Under the pieces are notes generated by a model. That model was given only the letters and a program-made list of their open reading frames with translations, did not search any database and had not been told where the DNA came from. From Prorocentrum cordatum (lineage: Eukaryota), in contig CAUYUJ010000078.1 in assembly GCA_963575745.1 (NCBI GenBank), positions 62,001 through 118,649 of the forward strand: a DNA stretch of 56,649 bases. Reading direction: 5' to 3'. Position numbers and translations under genes: made by a program. The number at the start of each line of letters is the position of its first letter. The first letter of the stretch is position 1. Below are positions 1 to 10,500 of this stretch, in pieces.

Positions 1-852
1 TAGACAGGACTCACATGATTTCGGCTCGTCTCCGAGCATATCTGATGATATAATATCATCTTCGTCCACAAATGCTGAAACCAAAACACACTGGTCGGGC
101 AGCATAGTTGTTGGGACGCAATAAAGATAATCATCGGTAATCGTCGTAGGATGAAGGTCCATACGTAGCTCGTCGTACCACTCTTCCAGCATCATAGCTT
201 CAATATTGTGTTCCTCATTTTCCTCATAGATTGTCGACAGACGGCCTTCGCTCGGCGATGAAGCGTCTGGTGTGTCTGGAGAAGGCCTGTTTCCAGGCGA
301 CTCGTGTTCTCCAGACGTGTTGCTTGGATGCTGATATTTAGCCAAATCGTCGTGAAATCCTAAGGAAGGGACACGTGAAGTCAAGCATTGAATAAGTCTG
401 GAGTGAGTGCTACCAGTGATCTGAGAAATGTTTAAGCCAGTGCCCACGCATTCGTAATAGTGGAACGCCGGGCTGATGTCGTTGTCATAGTGGATCAGCG
501 TAGACCCGGTGGCGTACTTTACTGCAGGTAGGCTTGGCACACTCTTAGCCAATCGAACTGCTACTACATGTTCTACTCGGAAGTAATTCCGTACGAGATA
601 CTGTAGTGCTAAGTGTACGCGCGGGTGAAACTTGCTGTCGTCTGACAGATTAAGGTTTCCCTTGTAGTCGGGGATATACCCGAAAACTTTGGCAGGTTTC
701 CCTGCGCTGAGGTGTGCCACATAAGCAAGGACGGTTTGCATGGCCATGTTATCCATGCCAAGTTCCCGTGTGAGGAGACATTCGATGTATAGTGTGTGAC
801 GAGCATCAGGATACATCACAATTACCCCACGAGATCCTGCCTTGACAACAAT
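1..852 (-). CDS. Pol continuation after integrase (open to window edge)
   Basis: Manual translation shows a stop-free frame from ~852 (IVVKAGSRGVIVMYPDARHTLYIE...) to base 1. It is missing from the ORF track, probably because it has no stop in the window. Confidence 0.75.
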   Translation of the reverse strand, partial: MVVKAGSRGVIVMYPDARHTLYIECLLTRELGMDNMAMQTVLAYVAHLSAGKPAKVFGYIPDYKGNLNLSDDSKFHPRVHLALQYLVRNYFRVEHVVAVRLAKSVPSLPAVKYATGSTLIHYDNDISPAFHYYECVGTGLNISQITGSTHSRLIQCLTSRVPSLGFHDDLAKYQHPSNTSGEHESPGNRPSPDTPDASSPSEGRLSTIYEENEEHNIEAMMLEEWYDELRMDLHPTTITDDYLYCVPTTMLPDQCVLVSAFVDEDDIISSDMLGDEPKSCESCL

Positions 853-1534
853 GTCCTCTTTCAGGCACGTTTCGGATCACCGGGAATGGGCCGTTCCAGC
901 CTCCATGGTCGTCCTTGGTGGCAGTAGGTCGGTGGTAGTCGACCAAATCCCCTGATGAGTAGAGGCGAGCACCATCAGGAGTCGTCTTAGCCCTAAGAGC
1001 CCGATTTGTCTTGGCTACAGCAGTAGCCTGAGTTATGGCTTCGAGGCTGACTTCCCTTACACGACGTTCTCGTTCGTGTCCTGAAGTCTCGGGTCCCTTG
1101 GGAAAGTCAAGGGTATCGAGATCAGGAAGGAAGGAGGGCTGACGTCCTGTGTGTGCCTGATATGGCGATACTCCGTTATAAAACGTAAACGCATTAGTAA
1201 CGAAGATGCCTTCCGCCAATACTCTAGTGAATACAACAGGGATGTTGTGTCTATTCAATTCTTCCTCAATCATGTGGAGGACGCCTCTGAGAATGCCGTT
1301 TCGTGACTCAATTGAAGTCGCGTGTTGGCCAGGTGCACGGATACGAAGTTCCGTGCCCTTATTGGCCATCATGGTTTTAGCGGCATCGTTATTCAGGGCG
1401 CCTTCTCCGTCTGAGTATAAAACTTTGAAGGGTCCGTGATAGGCAATCCAGCAATAGTGGTAGGCGTCGATGATAGTGTCGCGTTCTCTGTCGGAAATCT
1501 CTAGGCCTGCTGCCAGGCGAATACAACGGTCCAT
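806..1534 (-). CDS. Integrase catalytic core (rve-like), separated from the upstream ORF by a 1-nt frameshift
   Basis: LYSDGEGAL (second D) to HATSIESRN (E), with 33 residues between them; N....GVSPYQ..TGR; GDLVDY.R...GWNGP C-terminal motif. Adding one T in a T-run at ~1541 restores IFHIMD. Confidence 0.88.
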   Translation of the reverse strand: MDRCIRLAAGLEISDRERDTIIDAYHYCWIAYHGPFKVLYSDGEGALNNDAAKTMMANKGTELRIRAPGQHATSIESRNGILRGVLHMIEEELNRHNIPVVFTRVLAEGIFVTNAFTFYNGVSPYQAHTGRQPSFLPDLDTLDFPKGPETSGHERERRVREVSLEAITQATAVAKTNRALRAKTTPDGARLYSSGDLVDYHRPTATKDDHGGWNGPFPVIRNVPERGHCCQGRISWGNCDVS

Positions 1535-4149
1535 AATATGAAAATGGTCCGTTTCTTGTAAAACATGAGGTCCATTTCCCCTTCATCGAGCCAGTTACCA
1601 GGGAGGCTTACCGATGGTAATGTCGAGTTTCCTGGACGTTCCCATGCTCTACATTCCCGACAGGTATCGCAGATTTCCTTGATCATGTTCAGTCGAACGT
1701 TATCAAGCCCCACCTTTTCGAGGATTCGCCTCATCTTTGGCTCCTTCGCATGACACCATCGCAGATGCAGTTTTCGGAGTTCCTTTGTCACAACATGGGG
1801 TTCGTGACTACGGAGACCCTGTAGACTGTGTTGGATGTCAAATCTCGCCCAGTCGGGTAGTCGTGGAGCCCCAGAGCCGGTGGAGGCAAGAGGGTTCCTT
1901 GTAGCTCTACGTAGTTGATCCCCTGTGTTGACTGCGTCTGGAGGTGGTGGTACGCCTTGTAGACGTCCGCGGCGGGCCGCTACCTGTGGCGCATCGCTAG
2001 AAGACGCAGAAGGCGTGTTTCCACGCTCGGGGGCGTCTCGTAGCAGGTCGTAGCTGCTGGTACCAGATGTCGGATCGACGTTACCGAAGGAACGTGGTCG
2101 TGGTGGCCTGGCGTGTGCGCCTTGGCGGCCACCTGAAGCTGAAGCTTGGCCCTCACCAGGTTTAGGTAGGGGTTTCCACCAAGCTGGCACGGTTTTGCCT
2201 TCGGGGTCGTGGTCGTCTGGTAGTTTAAATGGTTCAGCAAAACGACATTTACCAGGTTCGGTATCAAGGTGATTCTTAACACCCTTGCTTCTCGTAAGAT
2301 CCCTCTGACATGCTGGACATGGCCAGTATACAGAGATAGAGTCATGATATTTGCACTGCGTAGGGTCTCTGTTATGGCTAGGACTGTCCTTTCGGACGTT
2401 GTCGATGCATGCCGGGCACGTAGCCACCTTTGGGATGATACGATCACCGATGCGTCTCATACCTTCACCTGGTTCAGCTTGCTCAGGAAGGTCGGCAGGA
2501 TAAGCATGTGCAGTATTTATAGGCGCGTTTCCGCGCGTGGTGTCAATGGCTTTCGCCAAGTAGACGGCTTCCACGAAGGCAGACTGCAGTCGTCGAGTGT
2601 ATTTTTGTGCCAGTGAAAGCTCGGTGTTGCACGGTTGTGCGTGCACATGCTGACCGTTGCACTTGAGTCGCTCAAAGGGTTTAAGAATTGTCTTGTCGTT
2701 GCTGGTGATATTTGTCGGCTTCTTAATATAGTCACCAGTCGTATCTTTAAGTCCAGTAGCGCATTGATCAATGCGCACGGTCGCGATGTGTGGTCGGTTG
2801 GCAAGCTTCGTCCATGGAGAGATATCGCCCACCCATGTTCCTGTCGGTTGTTCGCGTATAAACAACCTCTGAGCGTCATCTTGGGCAACAGCAATTTTAC
2901 CACAATAGATTATGTGTGGTAAGTCTTCTCTGTGGTGCTGTTCCCAAGTGTTATAGTTGACTTTGTAGTTATAGTAAGATGGTGGTCCTGTGGTGCGGCA
3001 GCTGGGTTGCAGTATGGCAACTCGTACGTAGCATATCTTAAAGTAATGATCTATAACCTGCTGCACCGAGGGGTCTCCCAGGTCGACATATGTAGTCTTG
3101 TCCAAGTTGCCGCCTGAGGAAAGTCCCCTTGAGAAGGCAAGTTCTGAGATGCCACCCTCACCACCACAAAGCTCCAACATATCCACGCAATTGTTATGGC
3201 CGTAGCATAGCGTAGCAACTATGCTGTATATGTTAGCGTGTGTGTCGGGCATAGATGTGGGAAGGGTAAGGAACAGGTCATCGTCCTCGTCGGAGCTTAT
3301 CAGCTCAACAGGGGCGCCAGTACTCCAGGTTGCCATAAGATCCTGTCCGAGTCCTGACAAGTCATCGCCGCAATCGTCATTTCCGTCTTCGACGTGCTTT
3401 TTAATGCGGCGAGGCTTGATGCCTGCTTCCTTTTCGGCTTTGAGCCTTTCCTTCTGCTTTATACGCGATTCAGTGGGTAAAGCTTGCTCGTTTTGTTCGT
3501 CGGTCTGTGTACTCATTGTCGTGGTGGAATGGGTACATGCGTCAATCGCCAGAGTCGGGAGGGGGAGAGAACAGTCATCTATGATGACGCGTCTATGTTT
3601 CTGTGGTGATTGAGTAGGCTCGTTTCCGAGCAAGACCGGTTCCTCGGGTTGCCAATACAACCGAGTACTGATGTTGGCAACCCCTGCAGGTAATGGTGCA
3701 TGCCAATCATACCCTGTTGGTTGATCGGTAACTGAGATATCTTGAATAACCGCGTTGGTATCCAGGTTGATTGTTACACGTCGGATGACTTCAGACCATT
3801 TTGGTCCTCCCTTATGAGTCGTCACGTAGTGACGGGTATTATGGTCTGTACGTGTATACGTATTTAAGTATACGGGCACGTTTCCGTGCGTGGTGGTACT
3901 CCCCAGGATTTTGTCGTTTAAGTAACGGATGAGTGTAGTGCGTGTCTGAGCCCGCCATTCAGCATGTCGTACCGTATGGCCGTACCAGTCCAACACATGT
4001 TGTGGTATGGCCTGCTTACAGGTACATGTCCACAGCTTCGAGCTAATCGGTATCGATGATGCTACCTGCATATATGTACCACTTGGTGTACTGTCTTGCA
4101 TATTGAACCGAATACCGAAATGACACAAACGCATCCGTATTACTGACAA
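1501..4149 (-). CDS. pol: Pol part: C5-methyltransferase-like domain, two CxxC-H-C zinc motifs, integrase HHCC domain and first catalytic Asp
   Basis: HLRWCH...CDTCREC (HHCC, ~1650-1770); EMDLMF (first D); CPAC...H...C twice (~2185-2420); methyltransferase-like motifs (see separate feature). Confidence 0.85.
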   Translation of the reverse strand: MSVIRMRLCHFGIRFNMQDSTPSGTYMQVASSIPISSKLWTCTCKQAIPQHVLDWYGHTVRHAEWRAQTRTTLIRYLNDKILGSTTTHGNVPVYLNTYTRTDHNTRHYVTTHKGGPKWSEVIRRVTINLDTNAVIQDISVTDQPTGYDWHAPLPAGVANISTRLYWQPEEPVLLGNEPTQSPQKHRRVIIDDCSLPLPTLAIDACTHSTTTMSTQTDEQNEQALPTESRIKQKERLKAEKEAGIKPRRIKKHVEDGNDDCGDDLSGLGQDLMATWSTGAPVELISSDEDDDLFLTLPTSMPDTHANIYSIVATLCYGHNNCVDMLELCGGEGGISELAFSRGLSSGGNLDKTTYVDLGDPSVQQVIDHYFKICYVRVAILQPSCRTTGPPSYYNYKVNYNTWEQHHREDLPHIIYCGKIAVAQDDAQRLFIREQPTGTWVGDISPWTKLANRPHIATVRIDQCATGLKDTTGDYIKKPTNITSNDKTILKPFERLKCNGQHVHAQPCNTELSLAQKYTRRLQSAFVEAVYLAKAIDTTRGNAPINTAHAYPADLPEQAEPGEGMRRIGDRIIPKVATCPACIDNVRKDSPSHNRDPTQCKYHDSISVYWPCPACQRDLTRSKGVKNHLDTEPGKCRFAEPFKLPDDHDPEGKTVPAWWKPLPKPGEGQASASGGRQGAHARPPRPRSFGNVDPTSGTSSYDLLRDAPERGNTPSASSSDAPQVAARRGRLQGVPPPPDAVNTGDQLRRATRNPLASTGSGAPRLPDWARFDIQHSLQGLRSHEPHVVTKELRKLHLRWCHAKEPKMRRILEKVGLDNVRLNMIKEICDTCRECRAWERPGNSTLPSVSLPGNWLDEGEMDLMFYKKRTIFILWTVVFAWQQA
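2563..3183 (-). other. C5 cytosine methyltransferase-like domain
   Basis: Motif I-like MLELCGGEGG, motif IV-like LQPSC (Cys retained), motif VI-like IREQP, then DQC..G...KKPT, C..H.H and AQKY, in C5-MTase order. Confidence 0.65.
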
Positions 4150-4151
4150 CT

Positions 4152-4573
4152 TTAGATCTTCCAGAGTATCACGTACTGGAGATAACTTCCAAACATATCC
4201 TGGGGGACCGAATATGATGATTTCATGCGGAGTTTCTTGGCTTTTATCAACAGGTTCTGGATACGTGACCAGTGTGGGGCCACTCTCTTTCCTGGAGTTC
4301 GTATATACCAGTCACCCGGAGTACTGATCCATATGAGAGTGTAATCTCCACTGATCACCGCACCTAGATAGTTTGTGCCCACGCTTGTCATAAGTTCGTG
4401 TGGGAAATACGGTCACAAATATAACCTCGTGTGCGGAGGTCGGCGCATGCCTCCCTCGTATCTTCAATGACAAAAGCCCTCTTACTAAGGCAGGTTGCCC
4501 CGCTGTCCTTGTTACCCCCCGGCTTTTCAGCCATCAGGCAAGACGACGAGGGGGCGACGTCGCCCTGCCATCT
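4152..4573 (-). pseudogene. Interrupted polyprotein linker
   Basis: After the TGA at 4574-4576 the same frame continues (RWQGDV...AFVIEDTREACADLRTRGYICDRISH), then shifts frame near 4395 and 4220 to join the 1501-4149 ORF. Confidence 0.6.
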
Positions 4574-7500
4574 TCAAGATGAAGAAGATGTGCCTACAAT
4601 ATCTGCCAGCATCTGGGCTTCCCTCAGATGCTGGAGCTCAGCACTGCAGCGCGCCGTGGCCTCAGAGGCGGATTGCTCCGCAAATGCTGTCAGCATCGAT
4701 GGATTATCCATCAGCTGTTTCAGCACGCCTTTGGACCTAGCGTCGCTGACCGTATGCAATTCACGATTAGTGTATCCCATCACTATTTTACGGCGGGACT
4801 GCACAGCGTCCATGGGTACACTACCACCATGCAGGGCCAGTGTCCTGGCAACAAAACAATCGAACGTCTCGAGATCGTCGATGTTGTCGCCTCGCATGGT
4901 GGCCTTGGCGAGCGTCTCCATCAACCCCTGGGGCAGGTTTCCCTGCAATTGATTGCGCTCCTGCGCTGGGGTCGGCTCGCCTGTCAGCACTGTCTGGAAG
5001 GACGTGCTGCTTGAGCTCGAGGCGGGTTGCCCCGCAGCTCCAAAACAATCACACCTGATCGACAGATGCCCTGACGGCAACTTTGTCGTCGGCATGATTT
5101 TGGAGCCTTCTGGGAGCTCCATTTTGACCTGCCCCTTACCAGGGAATATCAGCTTTTCCTGGCCTCGTTCAAGCACGATGATCGTGCGTTTGTCCTGCAT
5201 ACTGTCGAGACCTAGGATGGCTGGCAGGTCCTTTCCACAGCCTGACACAATGTTCGTCTTGTATGAATCGTGTTGGGCTGACCCCTGGTACTCGCAGGCA
5301 ATGCTAAATGTGCCTACGGTATCCGCTGGGGCCGAACCCTCTCCCACTCCGTTGATATGCAAACGAGAGCGGGGCTCGAACGTACAAGCACGACCATGTG
5401 ACTCAGCAGCCTGGACGAACTTACGGCTCGTGTTCTCGCCCATGATGTTGATCTTCGAACCGACGTCGATGAGTATGGAATTTCCACCGTCATCCAAGAA
5501 CGTCTTACTCGGCTGCTTGATGTGCACAGTTTCTGAAGTGTCGGCTGTGTCGGTAGGCGGGTTTCCCCGCGGCACATTCGTACTCCCTGGCGGGTTACCC
5601 CGCACGACACTGGCATGCGACTCGCTCTCGGCCATGCGTGCCAGGTCAATGTACTGGAAGTACGACACGTGCTGGGCGTGATCACCACGCTCCTCCCGCC
5701 AGTTGGCATACTCATCACGTATGCTCATATACTGCTCGCGGGTAGTGCGCCTTATCAGCGTTAGGTACGAGTGAAGGGCGATGTCTTGCAGCCCCTCGTT
5801 CGTGACGTGATCCCGGTACCGCAACCACTCCTCGAACTCCTCATTCGTCGCTGGGATGTTGACGGCCCTGGCTGCTGTTGCTGCTGACGCCGCTGAGGAT
5901 TCTGATAGGTCTAACGACGGACTATCAGTTTCAGGATTATTGGCATCTAGCATAAGCGTTGTGTGTGTATTACCCATCTGATTCTGGAAATGTCGTACAC
6001 GCAACTCGCGCAGCTGATCAGGGCCCAGTGACATCTCAGCCTCGCCTCCACTCTGGGGAGACATCTGAGGAGTATCATGCAGGTTTCCCTGCTGAGGCGC
6101 CGTCATCGGGATAAGCTGATCGAAATATCCCGTTGCCAAAGGCGGCCTTACCTCTTCAGGCAGGTGTCCCTGCTGGTGTGACGAAACTGTCTGCAAAGCT
6201 AGCATCCTGGTCGTCATCTCCTCCACCATACTCCTCAGCTCCCGCAGCTCCCTCGCTGACTGCTCGGGAGTCTGACTAAGGGAGCCAGTCCATGGGAAGG
6301 ACGATGTTATAATGCCAGGTGCACGACAGATCGCGCATGGTGGCTGCTGGGGATCTCCCCCACGCTGGTTTGTCACGTGGCCCACCACGTTAGAATTCCA
6401 GCATCCCTCGTGGAATAGGTGATTGCACCTCAGGCGGTACACACTATCCCTGGGCTGAAATTCTTCGAGGCATACAGCACAGGTGTCCTCCATCCCAGTA
6501 AAGACTTCTACGTCTGCTACCCTGGGATATACCCGCCGCTGCCTCTCCAATACCGTCTCGGAGGGCATGAAGGCTGATGGGGGTGTCCCCGCTGGATTCA
6601 GCACTTCCTGCACTTCGACATTTGGCATGGAAGTGGTAGGAGTCACGGCAGGCGAGTTTCCTCGCAAAGGTGAGCCCCTATTCCGCACCACGTCGAGTGC
6701 AGCTGCACGTGACTGGTCCCGTACACTTTGCACCGCCTGCCTCCTCCTGAAACATGCCTGCTGAGTGTGGTGCGTCTGCCTGATGTAGTCAGGCACGCCC
6801 CTACTGCCAGACGATATTGAATGGGCAGTGGGTTGCACAACCACCTCTGGTGATGTTGGAGAAGGCATGAAGGCCATGTGCGGGTACATGGAGTGGTCAC
6901 TGCAGCGCACATTGGTGAGGTTATGCATCTGATCCGCCAATTCCCGAACAAATTTGTTCGGGACCCTTGTACCGTCAGGGTATAATGGCGGATTCATCTG
7001 CGTGGGTGGTGGCCTCTGGCCCTGAGACATGCTCGGATGGGCGTTGAACGCCGGGATAAAGGCTCGTTGCCGAGCGGGGTCCCGTGGGTTGGGACCCTCC
7101 GGTTCCCAGGACCAGGCTGGCCTCCACCTCTGTCCACTTGGGTGAGGCAGATTATGGTTCTGCACCTGCTGTACCGCGGCCGCCACTCTTGAGCGATAGT
7201 CGTCGGGTATACCCGCCCTGTGGTGGCTTGGTGTACCAGGCAGGTTTCCCTGCTGACTCGTTGGCGTGCCGGGCGGCATCATGTTGAGGAGGGCTGTGCT
7301 GTGATCAGCCCTAGCCGCAGCTAACCTCTCCATGAGTGTGCCGTTTACGGCAGGGCGGACAGGTGTCCCAAATGGGGATTGTGCTGGCGGAGTGCCCGAT
7401 GGAGTCATGCCCCTTGGAGTGTGCATGCTCTGTGTGGGGCTTGCGTGCATTGGCTCGAACCGAGCAGGTCCGCTTGTAGGCAGGTTTCCCTGCATGGCTT

Positions 7501-10500
7501 GACGATTTCTCGTGGCCATAGCGGACATTGCTCCCTGGCCTGCGGCCCAGGGATCCTGCTGGTACAGCCTGTCCGCCAGCTGTTCTACCTGGTCAGGGTT
7601 CAGCGAAGCTGCAATCTGATGCAGGTCTGAAGTACTTATGGCCTGCCAAGACACGGCGCTCGGCCCTTGGCTTGGGGCACGGCTTGGAGCCGCGCTCCCG
7701 GCCTCACTCTCGGTGATCATAAAGATCCGAAAGATCTCAGGCTGGTTTCCCAGCTGGGTGGGGCTGTAGTGGTCCCCAACGTCCCTGTGGAGGTAGATCA
7801 TGGCTGGATCAGCGCCCTCTTGGTCTCGGGACCACTGGTACTTAATGCTGGAATTACCAACATCAGCCCACCTATCTGAGGCAGTCATCGTACTGACAGA
7901 GACTCGCACACGGCGGCTCCCCAAATATTCTGGGTTGCGCCATTGCCTTCCAGTGGTCAGGTCCTCTACATGGGAAATGTAATACGGTTCAATGATACCG
8001 TTATCTCCCTCGGACAAGAGGACTCCGTTATCGGACCAACAGAACTTCATACCATCTTGTATGGCCTTGCGCCAATCTACAAAGATGACGAGGTCTGAAT
8101 CTGGGTCCCACCCACTGTTCACGGCACGGCGGCGCACTGTCGGCACGAAATGGATGTGTGAACGGCCTGTCCCCCTTTCCTTCGTGTTGTGCTCAGGTCT
8201 ACAGGACAGGCCGTACCACATGATACCTTCGAAAGCGTGCCATCGAGTGCCATGCATGGCGACTTCAGGGTATGGGGCCGGTCTCCCGGCGGGTTCGTCG
8301 CACAGTACAATGTAACTGTACAGCGACCATGGAGCTTTCAATGTCCATGAATGCCCCTGAGAGGCGCGGACGAAGATAGCGGGCTCGCCGGAGTCCCGCA
8401 TTAGCACCTTGAATTGAAGGCGCTGTTTTTCTTCTCCGTCTGGTTCACGAACATGAACAACTTCCATCATGATGGCTGCGAGTTGGTCAACCGAGCGACC
8501 ATACAACTGCTCGCTAATGACTTTGGCCTCGTCATATTTTGGGTTATGTCCAGCGTGCCTCGAGTGACCTGTGTTCCACGGAAAGTCAGCCACGAGTTCC
8601 ACGAGGTTAATCCAACCATCATGATCATCACAGGATCTCAGGCGCCACACAGGATTATGTGACTTATCTGGCGCATGTCTACATATCCTGCTGAGAGCTT
8701 TGCTTAACTTTTTAAGAGCATCATTGGATGTGGGAAGAATTCCGGCCTTCCTGCATTCCTTCATGAATGACTCATCCACCGAACGTATCGGTGGGAGCTT
8801 CCGAAGTGCCAGTCTACCCCTAATCAGATCTGGAGTCCCACTAGTAAAGGATGTGTCTGATGGGTGGTGCAGCTGAACTACTGGCGGGTTTCCCCGCATC
8901 GGAGCCTCTGTTGCCGAAGAGGCTGCGGCCCCAGAAGAGGAGGAAGCTGCGGCAGCAGCGCCTGGCGGGTTTCCCCGCGGAGATGCGCGACTGGCGCTGC
9001 CCCTGATCTTCGGCACCCAGTTACCCCTCGACATAGCACCTTCATCGGACCTCCTGGAACGAGCCGCCACAGGCGAAGCTGGCGCGGGTGCATACCCACT
9101 GCGCTCGAAAGCTGCCGCCCTTTTCGCAATGGACTTGCTGCGACTAAGCGGGCGTCTTCGTTCCTCCATAGGGTCCTGAGGTTGCTGCTTGGGCACAAAC
9201 GCTTGTGGAGGAGTTGCGCCAATTGGCGGCCTCGGCGTCGCAGATCGAGGCACCTCCATATGCACGTCTGGCCCAAGGCTCTGAGAGCTCGCCTTCGGTT
9301 TCGGCTCCGGAGACGGCTTAGGTGTCGGGGGTTCACTCTTAGCCTTCGAAGTTAGTGGGAGTGGGGGCTTCCTAGCCCCCTTCATGTAGATCGTGCTGGA
9401 ATCCTCCAACATCTTGCGAGTTGCCTCGCGCGTGCGTTCTTCTACTGTCCGAATACGCTCCTCATCCTCCGCCACACGTTGAGCCTTTGTCTCGTCCTTG
9501 ATGATCGGCTCTGGTTGTTGGGACTGGCTAGAGACGCCAGGCGAGTTTCCTCGCATACCAGGAAGACTAAAGAGCGCGTCTTTCTCTTCCTGGGTCATGG
9601 CTACCATTCCCCTTGGAGCCGGAGTAGGTTTCTCTTCTTCTTTCGGATCCAAGTGGCCCGAGATCCCGAGACGACTATTCACTACTGCGATCTCTTCCGG
9701 TGTCATCGGGTCAAGTGGCGGATGGCCCTCTTTAGGAGGGGTTTTGCCCCTGTTAGGGCTCAGGCCTTCGTTGTTTCCAACGGGGCATCCTGGCCTGTGA
9801 TTCTGGAACGGCTGGGAACAAGGACCGCATGCAGCGTGAGGCCTATACTGCTTGCGAGCCGCGATAATATCTCGCAACTGGGTCCGCGCTTCTTGAATTT
9901 CAGGGCGGCGGATGTTTGTTGCAAGCTGATAGCCTCCACGGATGGGCCTGCCATCGCCGTCCCTATAGGCAGGATTGCCCTGGCCGAAGGCCGAGTGTTC
10001 CCCTTTTCGGCGTCGTGGGTCGTTGTGCGGAAGTAGCTGGCCACCTCTTCTGAGAGCGTGTTCCTTTGGGCCAGCCTGTCTCCACTCACGAGGAAGTCGA
10101 GCCTGGGGATGTGGCTCTTCTCTGACGCGCGTATGGGAACGAGATCTTCTGGTGTTCTCATCAGAAGAAGCTGCCGATGCAGCAGGAGCGGCACCCGTTG
10201 GAGGTGCTTGAGGAGGCTCCTCTGCGATCCCAGATGGATCGCTCGATGGAGGCAGGTCTCCCTGCTGGGTGGAGCTCGGCGCAAGTGGCTCTTGTGCCGA
10301 TGGTGATGATGATTCAGACTCATCAGGGTCGAAATCGACCTCTTCCTCACCAGTCACGTCCATCATGAGGATGGTGACGTCATCCTCATCTAACCCACAA
10401 CCATCGCCTTCTACTTCTTCTGATGTCGAACTACCAATTATGATGGCCATTGGCGCATCTGGTAAAAGCAGGTTTCCCTGCATGGCCGGCGTCTGGGCGT

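Noticed and set aside
4953..5681. Plus-strand ORFs antisense to the retrotransposon polyprotein (and minus-strand ORFs within the LINE)
   Set aside because: They are shadow frames of the real coding strand and contain no motifs.
7960..8715. Bacterial kptA gene or contamination
   Set aside because: The domain is embedded in frame in a 2054-aa retroelement ORF together with a eukaryotic RING-H2 finger; there is no operon context.
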